Notes: a model not told the origin generated them from the sequence alone. A stretch of 64,000 nt of DNA from an uncultured Planctomycetota bacterium (GCA_963845755.1 CAWJTV010000034.1:704001-768000), one strand, 5' to 3'. Positions 20,609 through 32,479 are shown, numbered from the stretch's first letter. Numbers and translations: made by a program.

Positions 20609-20930
20609 CAAGGTTCACCTCGACCTTCGAGGACAGATGGGCGAGGCACCATGACCTGGCCGATCGGACGGCAGACGTGGCCCCTCAAGCCGGACGGTCG
20701 CGTTGACCTGTCCCCCACGGGCCGTCAACCGTGCCCCACCCCGGCCATATCTGTATATATATATAAACATCTTTTCGGCGTCAACCTGTTACGATGGCCA
20801 TCGAGGCGTGCTAGCGGACCTGGCTTGCGCCGGACTCGTTTAGGGGCTGGCTGAGCGCCGTAAGTCCGGGCCGTAAATTGAGATTATCGAGATGGGGAGG
20901 TTGGGCCGGTATCGGGAAACCGGGTAAAAT

Positions 20931-20990
20931 TGTCGCGGATTTCCCCGACACCTGCGGGTTTTCCCGACACGCGGGGTTTTCCCCGACACC
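20931..20990. promoter_or_regulatory. three 19-bp-spaced TTTCCCCGACA boxes (first is TGTCG-N10-CGACA); putative regulator binding sites
   Basis: CGACA at 20946, 20965 and 20984, upstream of the REC-HPr gene. Confidence 0.55.
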
Positions 20991-20997
20991 CGGCAGG

Positions 20998-21653
20998 TCA
21001 GCCATCCGACAGCCAGCCCCGCCGGATGGCATACCCGACGATGGCGGCGCGGCCATTGAGGCCCAACTTCTCCATGGAACGGGCCTTATGCGTCTCGACC
21101 GTCTTGATGCTCACCTCGAGCTGGACGGCGATCTCGCGGTTTGTGAAGCCGGCGCGATCAGCCGCAGCACCTCCTCCTCGCGGTCGCTCAGCGGATGACC
21201 GGCCGTCGCATCCGGATGGTCCGACCGGCCCACGAGGCCGTCGAGGATCTTGCCGGTCAGGTCCGGGTCGAGGTAGGAGCCGCCGCGGGCCACGGCGCGG
21301 ATGGCGTGGATCAGCTCATCGGCCGCGGCCCGCTTCAGCAGGTAGCCCGCGGCCCCGGCCCGGAGCAGTTGCTGGAGGTAGCCGCGGTCCTCGTGCAACG
21401 TCAGCGCCAGCACCTTGGCTTCGGGCCGTTCCCGCTTGATTCGCTCGGTCGCCGCCGCCCCACTCAGCAGCGGCATCGAGACGTCCATGACGACCACATC
21501 GGGATCGAGGGCCATCGCCAGCCGGCATGCCGCCTCGCCGTCGGCCGCCTCGCCGACCACCTCCAGGTCGACCTGCGCGTCGATGAGCGCCCGGAGCCCG
21601 GCGCGAACGACGTTGTGGTCGTCGGCCAGGAGGATGCGCAACTTAGCCCCCAT
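20998..21653 (-). CDS. NarL/LuxR-family DNA-binding response regulator (frameshift ~21150)
   Basis: REC domain plus HTH LSDREEEVLRL...TNREIAVQLEVSIKTVETHKARSMEKL. Confidence 0.9.
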
Positions 21654-24600
21654 GACCGGCCTCCCCCGAAATCTCAGGGAGCGGGATACGGGCACGGAGC
21701 GTCGTCCCCGCGCCCTCACCCGACTCGATCAGGAGCGTCCCGTCCAGCAGGGCGAGGCGCTCGCGCATCCCGATGATGCCCAGTCGCCGCTCGGGGGCGG
21801 GTCCGAGCTGATCCGGGTCGAAGCCCTTGCCGTCGTCTTCGACCAGGGTCGTGACCTCGCCCGGCCGCCGCTCGACGATCACGCTGACGTAGTGGGCCGC
21901 GGCATGCTTGGCGATATTGTTCAACGCCTCCTGTACGACGCGATAGAGGGCCGTCTCGACCTCCGGCGGCAGGCGGTAGGCGTCCTGGCCGGGAGACTGG
22001 AAGTCGGCCGCGACTCCGGTCCGCTCCGACCACTTCGCAACGTAGGTGGCCAGTGCCGGACCGAGGCCGATGTCGTCCAGTGCGCTGGGCCGCAGCTCGA
22101 CGGCCAGGTCGTGCGCCTCGCGGCCGATCCGCCCGACACTCGCCTCGACCTCCCGGAGTCGCCCGCGGCCCGGCGAGCCCTCCGGGATGGCCCTCTCCAG
22201 CTCCTTGAGGCCGAGCATCAGGGCGGTCAGCTCCTGGCCCAGGCCATCGTGCAGCTCGCGGGAGACGCGCCGACGCTCGTCCTCCTGGACCCGGACCAGC
22301 CGCCGGAGCAGCTCGACCCGCGCCGCGTTGGCCCGCATCAGCTCCGCCGTCCGCTCGGCCACCCGGGCCTCCAGCTCGTCGCGGGCCTGGCGGAGGTCGT
22401 CCTCCATGCGCTTGCGGTCGGTCAGGTCGCGGAGGACCTTGACGAAGCCGAGCGACCCGCCGTCGCCCATCGGGGTCAGCACGCCGGAGGCATAGAATCG
22501 CGACCCGTCCTGGCGGAGATGCCACCGCTCGTCGGCCGCCCGCCCGTCGCGCCGGGCGGTCTCCGCCTCCGCCGCCGGCACGCCGTCGGCCCGGTCCTCC
22601 GGCGTGAAGAGGATGTCGTGCGGGCGACCGACGATCTCCCGCTCGGCGTACCCGAAGGTCGCCTCCGAGCCGGGGTTCCAGCCGGTGACCCGGCGACCGG
22701 GGTCCAGCGTGTAGATGGCATAGTCGGTGGCGCTCTCGACGATCAGGCGCAGCCGCTCCTCGCCCTCCCGGAGGGCTTCGAGCGCAATGCGCTGATCGTG
22801 GATCTCCGTGGCGGTGCCGAACCACGTCGTGATCCGGCCGGCCTCGTCGTGCAGGGGCAGGGCTTGCACGAGGAACCAGCGGAACGCGCCGTCCGACGCC
22901 CTGCGAATGCGGTACTCCAGGCGTAAGGGCTGCCCGGCGTCGACCGCCCGCTGGAACATCGACCGCGACCGCTCGCGGTCATCGGGGTGGATCACGTCGA
23001 ACCACCCGTACGCTCTTGCCTGCTCCAGCGTCTGGCCGGTGTAGTCGAGCCACCGGCGGTTGAACCAGTCGGCGGCCCCGGACGGATCGTTCTGCCAGAT
23101 GACGTCGGGCACGAGGTCGACCACCGCGCGGAACCGCGACTCGCTTTGGCGAAGCTCCTGCTCCGCCCGCCTGCGCTCGGTGATATCGACGGCCATCCCG
23201 ACGACGAACCGGCGCCCATCCCCCAGGGTCCCGGGCGAGCTGGCGCTGAAGGTCCAGTACCGCTCGCCGCCGTCGCGGGTGCGGATGGCGAACTCGAGGT
23301 CCAGCGAAAGTCGGGCGCCGCCGAATAGTTCGTGCAGTTGATCGCGCACGGCGTCAGCCCGCGAGACGTGCGCGAGGGCCAGCCAGGCCTCCAGCGTCGG
23401 CAGGTCCGCCAGCGCGTAGCCGGTCAGCTCGGTCCACTTGCGGCTGAGCTGAAGGACCTCGCTGTCCTCGGCGTACATGATTACCGGGATCGGCGCCTCC
23501 TCGATAGCCCGGCGGAACTGCTCTTCCCGCTCACGCAGGTCCGCCTCGGCGCCTTGGCCTCGGTGATGTCCCGGCAGGTCATGAGGCCGCCGATGCGCCC
23601 GCCGCCCAGGGTGATCGGCCGGCCGCTATAGCTGGCGATGAACTCGACGGGCCGATGCCGGCCCTTGACCCTCACCGCGAGGTCCGTGAACGTCTCCCCC
23701 CGCCTCATCCGCGACTGCGGCCACTCCTCGACCGGCATGGGCCCGTCGTCGGGGTATCCGAGGTCGAACATCGGGATGCCCACCTCGCTGGCCTTCTTCA
23801 TCTCCTCCGTCGAGGCAAAGCCGTGGAGGAGGAGTGCGGCGGGGTTGAAGTAGAAGAACGCGCCGGTCGCGTCGGCGAGCACGATGCCCTCGGCCATGCC
23901 CTCCATGACCGCCGTCCGCTCGGCGAGCAGTCGCTCGCGCTCGGCCTCGGCCCGCCGGCGCTCGGTGATGTCGACGAACGTGATGACCACGCCGTTGATC
24001 CGATTGTCCGTGGTTCGATACGGCAGCGCCTTTCGGAGGTAGTGCCGACCGTTGGCGCGCCGACACCTCGCGCTCGACCGGCACGAGTCGATCGAGCACC
24101 GCGCGCGCGTCACTGTCCAGGTGCGGGTCGTCGAACTTGCGGTCGAGGTTGCCCAGCGGCCGCCCGACGTCCGAGGCGATCAGGTGGAGCAGCTCGCGTA
24201 CGGCCGGCGTGTACCGGCGGATTCGGAACCCGGTGTCGAGGAACAGCACGGCGATATCGGTACTGGCCAGCAGGCTCGCCAGGTCGCTGCTGGCCGCCAG
24301 GTGCTCCTCCATCTTCGCCCGGAGCTGGGCGTTGACCGTCGTCAGCTCCTCGTTGAGCGACTGCATCTCCTCCTTGCTGGTCTCGAGCTCCTCGTTGGCG
24401 CTCTGGAGCTCCTCGTTGACGCTCATGATCTCCTCGTTGGAGGCCTTGAGCTCCTCGTTGCTGGTCTGCAGCTCTTCGATGGTGCTCCGCAGCTCGGCAC
24501 GGAGCCGGCGCATCTCATCAGTCGCGACCTCGCCGTTGGACTCGCGGCCGTCCGGGTCGTTCGAAACGAAGTCCCCTCGTTCCTCGAAGCTGACGACGAA

Positions 24601-26585
24601 GTAGTCGGGGGCGCCGGGCCTCTCGTCGATGGCGAGGCCCCCGACGACGGGCGAAGCGGTGACCGCGATCCGCACACGGCGGCCCGGCTCGAGGTCGACC
24701 CAGCCCTCGAGCACGGTGACCCTCCCCATCTCCGCCGCCGCCCGATGCAGCGCGACGCGCACCGCCCCGCGGACGCCCTCGCGGGCCAGCAGCATCAGGT
24801 CGCGAGTCGGCTCGCCGGACGGCTGCTGGAGGAACGGCCGCGTGTCGCCGTGGTAATAGAGGATGCGGTGGTCGCGGTCGACCGTCACGGCGGCCGGCGT
24901 GTGCCCTTCCAGCAGGATGCGCTGGGTGAGCTGCGCGATCGACAGGCCGCGCCGTTCCGCTGACGCAGCCTCGACGACGGGGCACTGCCGAGGTTGATCC
25001 CGGCGCCGTCCTCGTCGTCCAGGATCGGGTGCGGCAATGGGAAATCGACCGACCCGTGCCGCGTCGGGCCGACCCGTCGGTAGATCCGCGCCTTCTTGTC
25101 GATCACCTCGTACAGGTCCTCGGTCCCGGCGATCGTCTCGCTGCTGCCCAGGAACAGCGCCCCGCCCTCGCGCAGCCCGAAATGGAGCAGCGCCAGCACG
25201 CGCGACTGCACCTCCGGCTCGAGGTAGATCATCAGGTTGCGGCAGGTGGCGATGTCGAGCCGGCTGAATGGCGGGTCCTGGAGGACGTTCTGCGGTGCGA
25301 AGACCACCCGGTCACGCAGCTCCGGCCGCACCCGGTAGACCGAATCGTCCCTGGAGAAGAACCGCTCGAGTCGCTCGACCGTGATCTCGGACTCGATGCC
25401 GCCGGGGTAGATCCCGGCCCGGGCGTGGGCGAGCGCGCGATCGGCCAGGTCGGTGGCGAAGACCTTGATGTCCAGTTGTTTGCCGGCCCGGTCGGCCTCC
25501 TCTACCAGCAACATGGCCAGCGTGTAGGCCTCCTCGCCGCTGGAGCAGGCGGTCACCCAGGCGCGGACCGAGGCACCCGGCTCGCGCGCATCGACCAGCG
25601 GCGAGATGACCTGCTCGCGCAACGCCTCCCAGGCCTCGGGGTCGCGGAAGAAGCCCGTGACGTGGATGAGCAGGTCGTCGGCCAGCGGTGTCACCTCGGT
25701 GGGACTCTGCCTCAGCAGCCTGGCGTACTCCGCCAGGCTCGTGATGCCGTTGAGGCCCATCCGCCGCTGCACCCGCCGGAGCAGGGTCGGCTTCTTGTAG
25801 CCGGAGAAGTCATGGTGGGTTCGGGTGCGGAGGATGGCCAGGACCTCCCGGAGATGGTGCTGCTCCTGCTTCAGGATCGTCTCGGCGTCGGCCTCCCGTC
25901 CGCCGCGGGCGTAGGGATGCCCGGCGTAGGCCAGCAGCACCTCGGGCATGTCGGCCGGGCGGAGGATGTGGTCGGCGTAGCCGGCGTCGATCAGGTGCCG
26001 GGGCATGCTCGGGAACTGGGCCGACTCCACGTCCTGGGCGATGCACATCCCGCCGACGGCCTTGACCGCCTGCGCCCCGGCCGTGCCATTGGAGCCCATG
26101 CCGCTCATCACGATGCAGATGGCCCGCTCGCGCTGCTCCTCGGCCAGGCTCCGGAAGAAGTCGTCGACCGGGCGATTCGCGGCCCGCGACGTGCCGAGCG
26201 GCGGGCCCAGGTGCAGCCGGCCCTCCCGGATCGTCAGGACATGCCCGGGGCGGATGACGTAGACGTGGTCGGGCTCGACCGCCATGCCGTCCTCGACCTG
26301 GCTCACCGGCATGGCGGTGTGCCGGGAGAGGAGCTCCGCCATCATGCTCTCGCGGTCCGGCGAGAGGTGCTGGACCAGGACAAACGCCATCCCGCCGTCG
26401 GGACGCATCGCGTCCAGGAGGTCGCTGACCGCTTCCAGCCCGCCGGCAGAGGCCCCGATGCCGACGACCGGGAACGGCAGGCGCGGTGGCTGCTCGGCGT
26501 CGACGGGTTGGGCCATCCGGTCCATCTCCCGATCGGGCTGCCCTTGCGTCGCTTCATCGGGAGTTGATGGACTCTCCTCGGCCAT
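21643..26585 (-). CDS. CheB-CheR-coiled coil-multi-PAS-HisKA_3/HATPase sensor kinase (frameshifted)
   Basis: CheB (GASAGG, VQHL), CheR (VTGFFRD, ACSSGEEAY, CRNLMIY), EELQSANEELETSKEE coiled coil and several PAS domains. The kinase core has ERRRVSRELHDGLGQ, QEALNNIAKH and DDGKGF. Confidence 0.88.
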
Positions 26586-26926
26586 TGACGTGACATCCTC
26601 TCGGGCGTGCGGCCCGTGGTCGCGGAATGCGGAGTCCGGCCGGTGTTTCAACCCTCCGGCGATCCGAACGGCATCAAGGCCAGCCGCCCGAAACTCGGAC
26701 TCTCCGGGACCGCTGAAACGGCCCTACAACCAGAACTGCCCTGAGTGCGACTTACTCGGCCGAATGCCTCCCCGGTCCGTCGTATCAACGGACGCGACAC
26801 CTACTTCCGCGAGCCCGATCCGATCCGACTTCGTATCGCAATCGCCGCCCGGACATCGATGCTACCATAGGCAGGTCGTGGCTGGCCATGAGACACCACC
26901 TCTTCCTTATCGGGAATCCTGAGGGC

Positions 26927-27052
26927 TGAGAGTCTGTCCCAGAAGGGGCCGGTCCGGGCGAGCGGGGGGCGTCAACCCCCTGTCTTGGAGGTCCGTCGCT
27001 CACCGGACAGGGGGCTGACGCCCCCCGCTCGCCCTTCCGGGACAGACTCTGA
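26927..27052. mobile_element. 120-bp MITE (TIR GAGTCTGTCCC, TGA target duplication) containing a REP-like palindrome
   Basis: TGA|GAGTCTGTCCC 26930 ... GGGACAGACTC 27049|TGA. Confidence 0.75.
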
Positions 27053-27161
27053 AGGCCGAATCAGATCGGTTCTGACGAACCGTAGCGACGAGTCGATCGA
27101 ATCTCAGGACGAGCTGGTGCGTCGACGTTCGGGCATCCCGCCGGCATGACCCATCGATCGG

Positions 27162-27932
27162 TCAGGGCGCCTCGAATCGCTTCACCAGCCGGAGACACTG
27201 CTCGACCTCGTCGGCGATCGCCTGGTCGAATTCGGCCCTGGCCAGGATACTCGACACGAGGTCGGCGTCGAGGCCGCCCGACGCGGAGAGCCAACCGGCC
27301 TCGTCGCGGATGGTGAGGGTCAGAGACTCGCAGGTCAGCGAATAATCGAGTGTCGCCACCTCGTCGAGACGGCGGCGGCGCGACCAGGCGTCAACGCTCG
27401 ACCAAAGATCCTTGATGGACTTGCTGATCCGTTCGATCGCTTCGGGGTCGAGTCCGCTCCGGGCCTGGAGCAGCCGCCGGAGCTGCGACAGCCGGCGCAG
27501 GGTGTCGCCGTTGTCTCGCAAGTCCAGGGGAACCGTTCCCTCGACCCGCGGGACATCGAGCTGGTCTCGCCAGGCACAGGACTGTTCCAGCGAGTCGAAG
27601 ATCTGATCCGGGGTGTAGGGTTTGGGGATGTAGTCGTCGGCCCCGGCTTCGAAGCTCTCGATCCGGTTCTCGGCCGTGAGTCGCGCCGTGACGATGACGA
27701 CCGGGATCGGGCTGGCCGGCTCCGAGGACTTGAGCGACCGGCAGACGTCATACCCGTTCATGTCGGGGAGCATGAGATCGAGGAAGACGACGTCCGGCGC
27801 GTGCTGGCGGATCTTCTCCAGGGCCTCCTCGCCTCGGAACGCCGACTCGGTCTGGTAGCCGCGGAGCTGGAGGAGCATGGCCAGGAGCTTGTTGGCCTCG
27901 GGTTCGTCCTCGACGATCAGGGCGGTGGGCAT
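27162..27932 (-). CDS. response regulator with a degenerate HATPase/RsbW-like C-terminal domain
   Basis: REC (IVEDE, FLDLMLPD, IPKP). The C-terminus contains LTLTIRDEAG...LRLVKRF. Confidence 0.85.
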   Translation of the reverse strand: MPTALIVEDEPEANKLLAMLLQLRGYQTESAFRGEEALEKIRQHAPDVVFLDLMLPDMNGYDVCRSLKSSEPASPIPVVIVTARLTAENRIESFEAGADDYIPKPYTPDQIFDSLEQSCAWRDQLDVPRVEGTVPLDLRDNGDTLRRLSQLRRLLQARSGLDPEAIERISKSIKDLWSSVDAWSRRRRLDEVATLDYSLTCESLTLTIRDEAGWLSASGGLDADLVSSILARAEFDQAIADEVEQCLRLVKRFEAP

Positions 27933-27993
27933 GGGTCGTCCTCGGCGGATGACGGAGCTGCTCGAAGCCGCGGCTCCCTGCGGGCGATGGACC

Positions 27994-29258
27994 TCACGAT
28001 TGGTGGGCGGGCAAATCCGGGCCATCGGGAGACGGTCCCGCACCATCGGCTCCGGAGGGATGGTTGTCCGCAAGGTCCCCGCCGGTATCGCTGTGGCGGG
28101 GCAGGATAACGGTCACCCGCGTCCCTCCCGCTGGTACGGCCTCGGCGAAGATGCGACCTTCGTGCAGATCCACGAACTGTTTGGCGATACTCAGGCCCAG
28201 GCCCAGCCCGCGCTTGCAGAAACCGAAGTCGCCGGAGGAGTGGCGGCTGGGATCGAACTGCGTGAAGAACGGCTGGAAGAGGTGCGGAATCGCCTCCGGC
28301 TCGAGGCCCACGCCCCGATCCTCCACGACGATCTCGGCCTCGTCCGCCACATGGAGTCGAGCCGTCAACTCGATCTGCCCTCCGTCCGGCGTGAACTTGA
28401 TGGCGTTGGTCAGGAGATTAATCAGGACCGCGCTGATCTTGTCCGCATCGATCTCGAATGTACCCAGGTCCGCGGCCGTGACGATGTGGACGTGGATTCG
28501 TCGGGCGTTCAGGAAGGGCGCACCTGATCGACGACCTTCTCGATCAGATCGGTGAGTCGGACCGGACTGCGTTGGAGCGTCCGACGGAAATCCTCGGCGC
28601 GGAGCAAGGTCAGCATGTTGGTCACCAGCCGCGCCAGTTGCTTTCCGCTGGTGGTGATCTGCCGGAGGATCTCCTGCTCCTGGTCCGATCGGTTGGGGTT
28701 GGCCAGGCGCAAGAGCTCGGCCAGGCCGAGGACCAGCGTGATCGGCGTGTTGAACTCGTGGCTGGCCACTTCGATGAATGCCGTCTTGAGCTGGCCGGCG
28801 CGGGCCAGCTCGCTGTTGGCCTCGACCAGTTGGACGTTGGCCGCTTGCAACTCGCCGATCAGCCGGCGGCGCTCGGCCAGCAGGTCGTACTGCTCGACCC
28901 CCTGCCGGATGATCCCTTCCAGCTCGGCCGAGTCCCACGGCTTGAGGATATAGCGGAAGATATGCCCCTCATTCACGGCATTGATCACCGCCTGGATGTC
29001 CGCATAGCCGGTGAAGAGCATCCGGATCGTGTCGGGCTTGAGCTCTCGAGCCTGGCGCAGGAGCACGTCGCCCGGCATGCCGGGCATTCTCTGGTCGGTG
29101 AGGATCACCTCGACGTCGTTCTTCTCCAGCAAGCCGATCGCTTCCGAACCGGAGGGGCTGGTCAACACGCGGTAAGTCCGGTGGAACTGGTGGCGCAGAC
29201 TGTCCAGCACGTCCACCTCGTCGTCGACGACCAGCAGCGTCTTTCGCCTTCGCTCCAT
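27994..29258 (-). CDS. REC-HisKA-HATPase hybrid histidine kinase without sensor domain (frameshift ~28520)
   Basis: REC (TDQRMP), ASHEFNTP, NLLTNAIKFT, DRGVG and GLGLGLSI. Confidence 0.88.
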
Positions 29259-29459
29259 TCCGTTGCCTCCGGTCGACTGCGCCAAGGCTGGCCCTCCCTC
29301 CGGTTCCACGGACTTCTGGCGAGGTCGCAGGTCAGCCCCCCGCCGCGGTCGCTCGTTCCCACCGGAGTTGCCCGCTAGTCCGGTGCCCGATCACTCGCCG
29401 CTCCTGCCTTTCGACCGTTCAGACCTGCAACTTGCCGGCCGCTGGCAGGGTCGCCGGAT

Positions 29460-29958
29460 TCAGTGGTCTGACGGGGAAACTTGAAGCTGCCGGACCACCG
29501 TCTCCAGCGCAGAGACCCGCTCCTTCAGTTCGGTGACTTCCACCAGGAGATGTTCGCGCTCCATGGCGATGGTTTCGAGACGATCGTACTCCAGCGCGGC
29601 CTGGCGCACGGCGCCGATCAACTCTTCCGGCTGCCAGGGCTTCTTCAAGAACTGGAAGATATGCCCCTGGTTGATCGCCGCGATGATCGACTCCAGATCG
29701 GCGAACCCGGTGAACAGCATCCGGATCGCATGCGGATGCCGTGCCTTCAGTCGTGTCAGGAGCTCGATCCCCGTGATTTGCGGCATCCGCTGGTCGGACA
29801 TCACAATGTGCACCTCCTCCTCCTGCATCAGGCGATATCCCTCCTCGGCGCGTATGCGCCTTGAGGACCCGGAATTCGCGGCGCAGCAAGTCCTGGACGG
29901 AGTCGCAGACGTCAGGCTCATCATCCACGACCAGAAGACAGTGCCGGGAAGTGGGCAT
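29460..29958 (-). CDS. single-domain response regulator with C-terminal coiled coil (frameshift ~29855)
   Basis: LLVVDDE, MSDQRMP, FTGFAD and KPW. Confidence 0.85.
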
Positions 29959-30245
29959 CTCGAAAGTGACTCCCTGAGGACGTTCCAGACCGCCGGCAAT
30001 CGAGCGAAGTTGCTCCAATGTCAGTATATCCGGGAACCATCCGACGTTCGACCTCCTTCTCCTCGTCGTCGTCGCGACGTTGCGTGCACGCATTTGGCAG
30101 GCACGTCACGGTTTCGAAACCGGCGGGGGCCCGGGGTGCCTGCGGCCGCTTGAAGATGATAGTCTGGTGAGGGTCCCTGGTCCTGGGACTTCCCGGAAGG
30201 GTCGCGAGATTAGCCCAGGGCTGCGGCGGATCGATTGGGTTGAAC

Positions 30246-30623
30246 ATGCCCGCCTTTACGCACCACATCTTCGTTTGCGGGAATGTCCGAGACGCCGGCC
30301 ATAAGCGGGGCTGTTGCGATCCGGAGGGGCGCCAGGTGCTGCGCGACGCGTTCAAGAAGGAGCTGAAGAAGGCGGGTTTCGGGGGTCTGGCCCGGGCGAA
30401 TCATGCCGGTTGTCTGGAACAGTGCGAGCACGGTCCAACGGTTGTGATCTACCCACAAGGCATCTGGTATGGCCGGGTAAAGGTCGAGGACGTGGGCCGG
30501 ATCGTGGCCCGGACCATCATCGGGGGCGAGATCCTCAACGACTTGCTGATCGACGACGATTGCTTGAATAATCCCAATTGTCCGCACCGCCGGGGATCTG
30601 CTGGAGAGGAGAATCGTGGCTGA
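30246..30623 (+). CDS. thioredoxin-like (2Fe-2S) ferredoxin
   Basis: HIFVC...GCC...AGCLEQCEHGPTVVIYPQGIWY. Confidence 0.9.
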   Translation: MPAFTHHIFVCGNVRDAGHKRGCCDPEGRQVLRDAFKKELKKAGFGGLARANHAGCLEQCEHGPTVVIYPQGIWYGRVKVEDVGRIVARTIIGGEILNDLLIDDDCLNNPNCPHRRGSAGEENRG

Positions 30624-31473
30624 GCTGGTCGGGACCGTCGAGGAGATGCGCCGCGCGGTGGCCGCGGCGCGGGAACGCGGCCTTCGCGTCGGCCTGGTGC
30701 CGACGATGGGGGCCCTGCATGATGGCCACGTCCGGCTGATCGAGCATTGCCGGGCTCTCAGCGGCTCGGTGGTCGTCTCGATCTTCGTAAATCCGACCCA
30801 GTTTGGTCCGAACGAGGATTACGAGCGCTATCCCCGCACCCTCGCCGACGACCTCGCGCGTTGCCGCGCCGCCGGCACCGACTGGGTCTTCGCGCCGGCC
30901 GCGACCGCCGTTTATCCGAATGGGCCAGGCTCGACATTCGTCGAGGTGCCTGGCCTCTCCGACGTCTACGAAGGGGCGATCCGCCCCGGCCATTTCCGGG
31001 GCGTCGCGACGGTGGTCCTCAAGCTCTTCGAGATCGTCCGCCCCGATCTGGCGGTGTTCGGCCAGAAGGATTATCAGCAGCAACTCCTGATTCGCCGGAT
31101 GGTCCAGGATCTTCACGTACCCGTCGAGATCGTGACCGTACCGACCGTCCGCGAGCCGGACGGATTGGCCCTCAGCAGCCGGAACCGCTACTTGAGTCCC
31201 TCCGATCGCCACGCGGCCAGCGTGCTTTCGCGCGCACTGGTGCGGGCCAGGCAGGCCGTGACGCGAGGTGAGCGGGATGCGAACCGGGTTCGACAGATGC
31301 TCCGCGAAACCCTAGAATCAGAGATGTCGGCGAAGGTCGATTATGCCGAGGTCGCCGATGCCGAGACGCTGGAGCCTCTGGACGACCTGGCCCCGCCCCG
31401 ACGGGCCGTGGCCCTCCTGGCGGCCTCGTTCGGCTCGACCCGTCTCATTGATAACCTGCCGCTGACGGAGTGA
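30616..31473 (+). CDS. panC: pantoate--beta-alanine ligase
   Basis: VPTMGALHDGH, SIFVNPTQF, RPGHFRGV, FGQKDYQQ and GLALSSRN. Confidence 0.97.
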   Translation: MAELVGTVEEMRRAVAAARERGLRVGLVPTMGALHDGHVRLIEHCRALSGSVVVSIFVNPTQFGPNEDYERYPRTLADDLARCRAAGTDWVFAPAATAVYPNGPGSTFVEVPGLSDVYEGAIRPGHFRGVATVVLKLFEIVRPDLAVFGQKDYQQQLLIRRMVQDLHVPVEIVTVPTVREPDGLALSSRNRYLSPSDRHAASVLSRALVRARQAVTRGERDANRVRQMLRETLESEMSAKVDYAEVADAETLEPLDDLAPPRRAVALLAASFGSTRLIDNLPLTE

Positions 31474-31591
31474 ACGAATCGTCAAGCGGCCGCTCGCCGT
31501 TCTGCGGCGGGGCAAGCGGCAGCCGGGCGCACCGTGTCGCAGGCAGAATCGTAACGGCGCAAACCGCCAGATTATAAGGACTTCCCGTCCC

Positions 31592-32479
31592 ATGATGCCG
31601 ATCTTGGTTCGGATTTCATTGACGATCCCGTTCTACGGTCATGCCGAGATCCCGATCTATGGGTTTGGCATGATGCTCGTCCTGGCTTTCCTGATCGCCC
31701 CGGCGCTGGCCTGGTGGCGCGCCCGCCGGGAGGGGCTCGATCCGGAAGTCATCCTGGATATGGCCTTCTGGCTGTTCGTCTGCGGGTTGATCGGCGCCCG
31801 GACCTTCTACTGCATCCAGTATTGGGGACGCGATATCCATAACCTGTGGGAGGCCGTGCAGTACTGGAACGGTGGCATCGTCTATTACGGCTCGATCATC
31901 GGGGGTGTAATCGGCTTCTTCGCGTACCGGTGGTTCCATCCGTTTCCCATCCGTCCCTATCTGGATGCCGTGGCGCCTTCGATCGCGATCGGTACGTTTT
32001 TCGGCCGGCTGGGCTGCTTCCTCAATGGCTGCTGTTTCGGCGATCCGTGCCGCCTCCCCTGGGCGGTCTCCTTCCCGGCAAGGTCCGCTCCCTGGGATCA
32101 CCAGAAGGCCCTGGGCCTGATCGACACGCGGGCACTCCACTCGCTGCCGATTCACCCCACACAACTCTACTCGGCCCTCGATGCCCTGGTCCTCTTGCTG
32201 TTGCTGACAGCCTATTATCCCGTGCGGCGGCGCGACGGCGAGGTCATGGGTCTGTTGATGCTGGCCTACCCGATTACGCGGTTCTTCATCGAATTCCTGC
32301 GGAATGACGAAGTGGTGTTCTTCGCCGGGATGACGATCTCGCAGAACATCAGCCTCCTGCTGCTGCTGGGCGGCGTCTTGTACTGGGCGTGGATTCTGTG
32401 GCTACCCGGACGCCGACATGACTTGGAGCACTCTGTGAACAAGCCGCACGCCGCCGATCTGGCCGCCGCACGATCTTGA
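31592..32479 (+). CDS. lgt: prolipoprotein diacylglyceryl transferase
   Basis: IGARTFY, GGIVYYG, GRLGCFLNGCCFG, HPTQLY and RFFIEFLR. Confidence 0.93.
   Translation: MMPILVRISLTIPFYGHAEIPIYGFGMMLVLAFLIAPALAWWRARREGLDPEVILDMAFWLFVCGLIGARTFYCIQYWGRDIHNLWEAVQYWNGGIVYYGSIIGGVIGFFAYRWFHPFPIRPYLDAVAPSIAIGTFFGRLGCFLNGCCFGDPCRLPWAVSFPARSAPWDHQKALGLIDTRALHSLPIHPTQLYSALDALVLLLLLTAYYPVRRRDGEVMGLLMLAYPITRFFIEFLRNDEVVFFAGMTISQNISLLLLLGGVLYWAWILWLPGRRHDLEHSVNKPHAADLAAARS

Noticed and set aside
20747..20770. CTGTATATATATATAAAC as a LexA box
   Set aside because: It lacks the ACAG half-site of the proteobacterial box. It is more simply an AT-rich promoter stretch.
21415..26567. Long + strand ORFs (e.g. 21415-22926, 25029-26567) and similar antisense ORFs elsewhere
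   Set aside because: These are shadow ORFs opposite clear genes in high-GC DNA, with no recognisable motifs.
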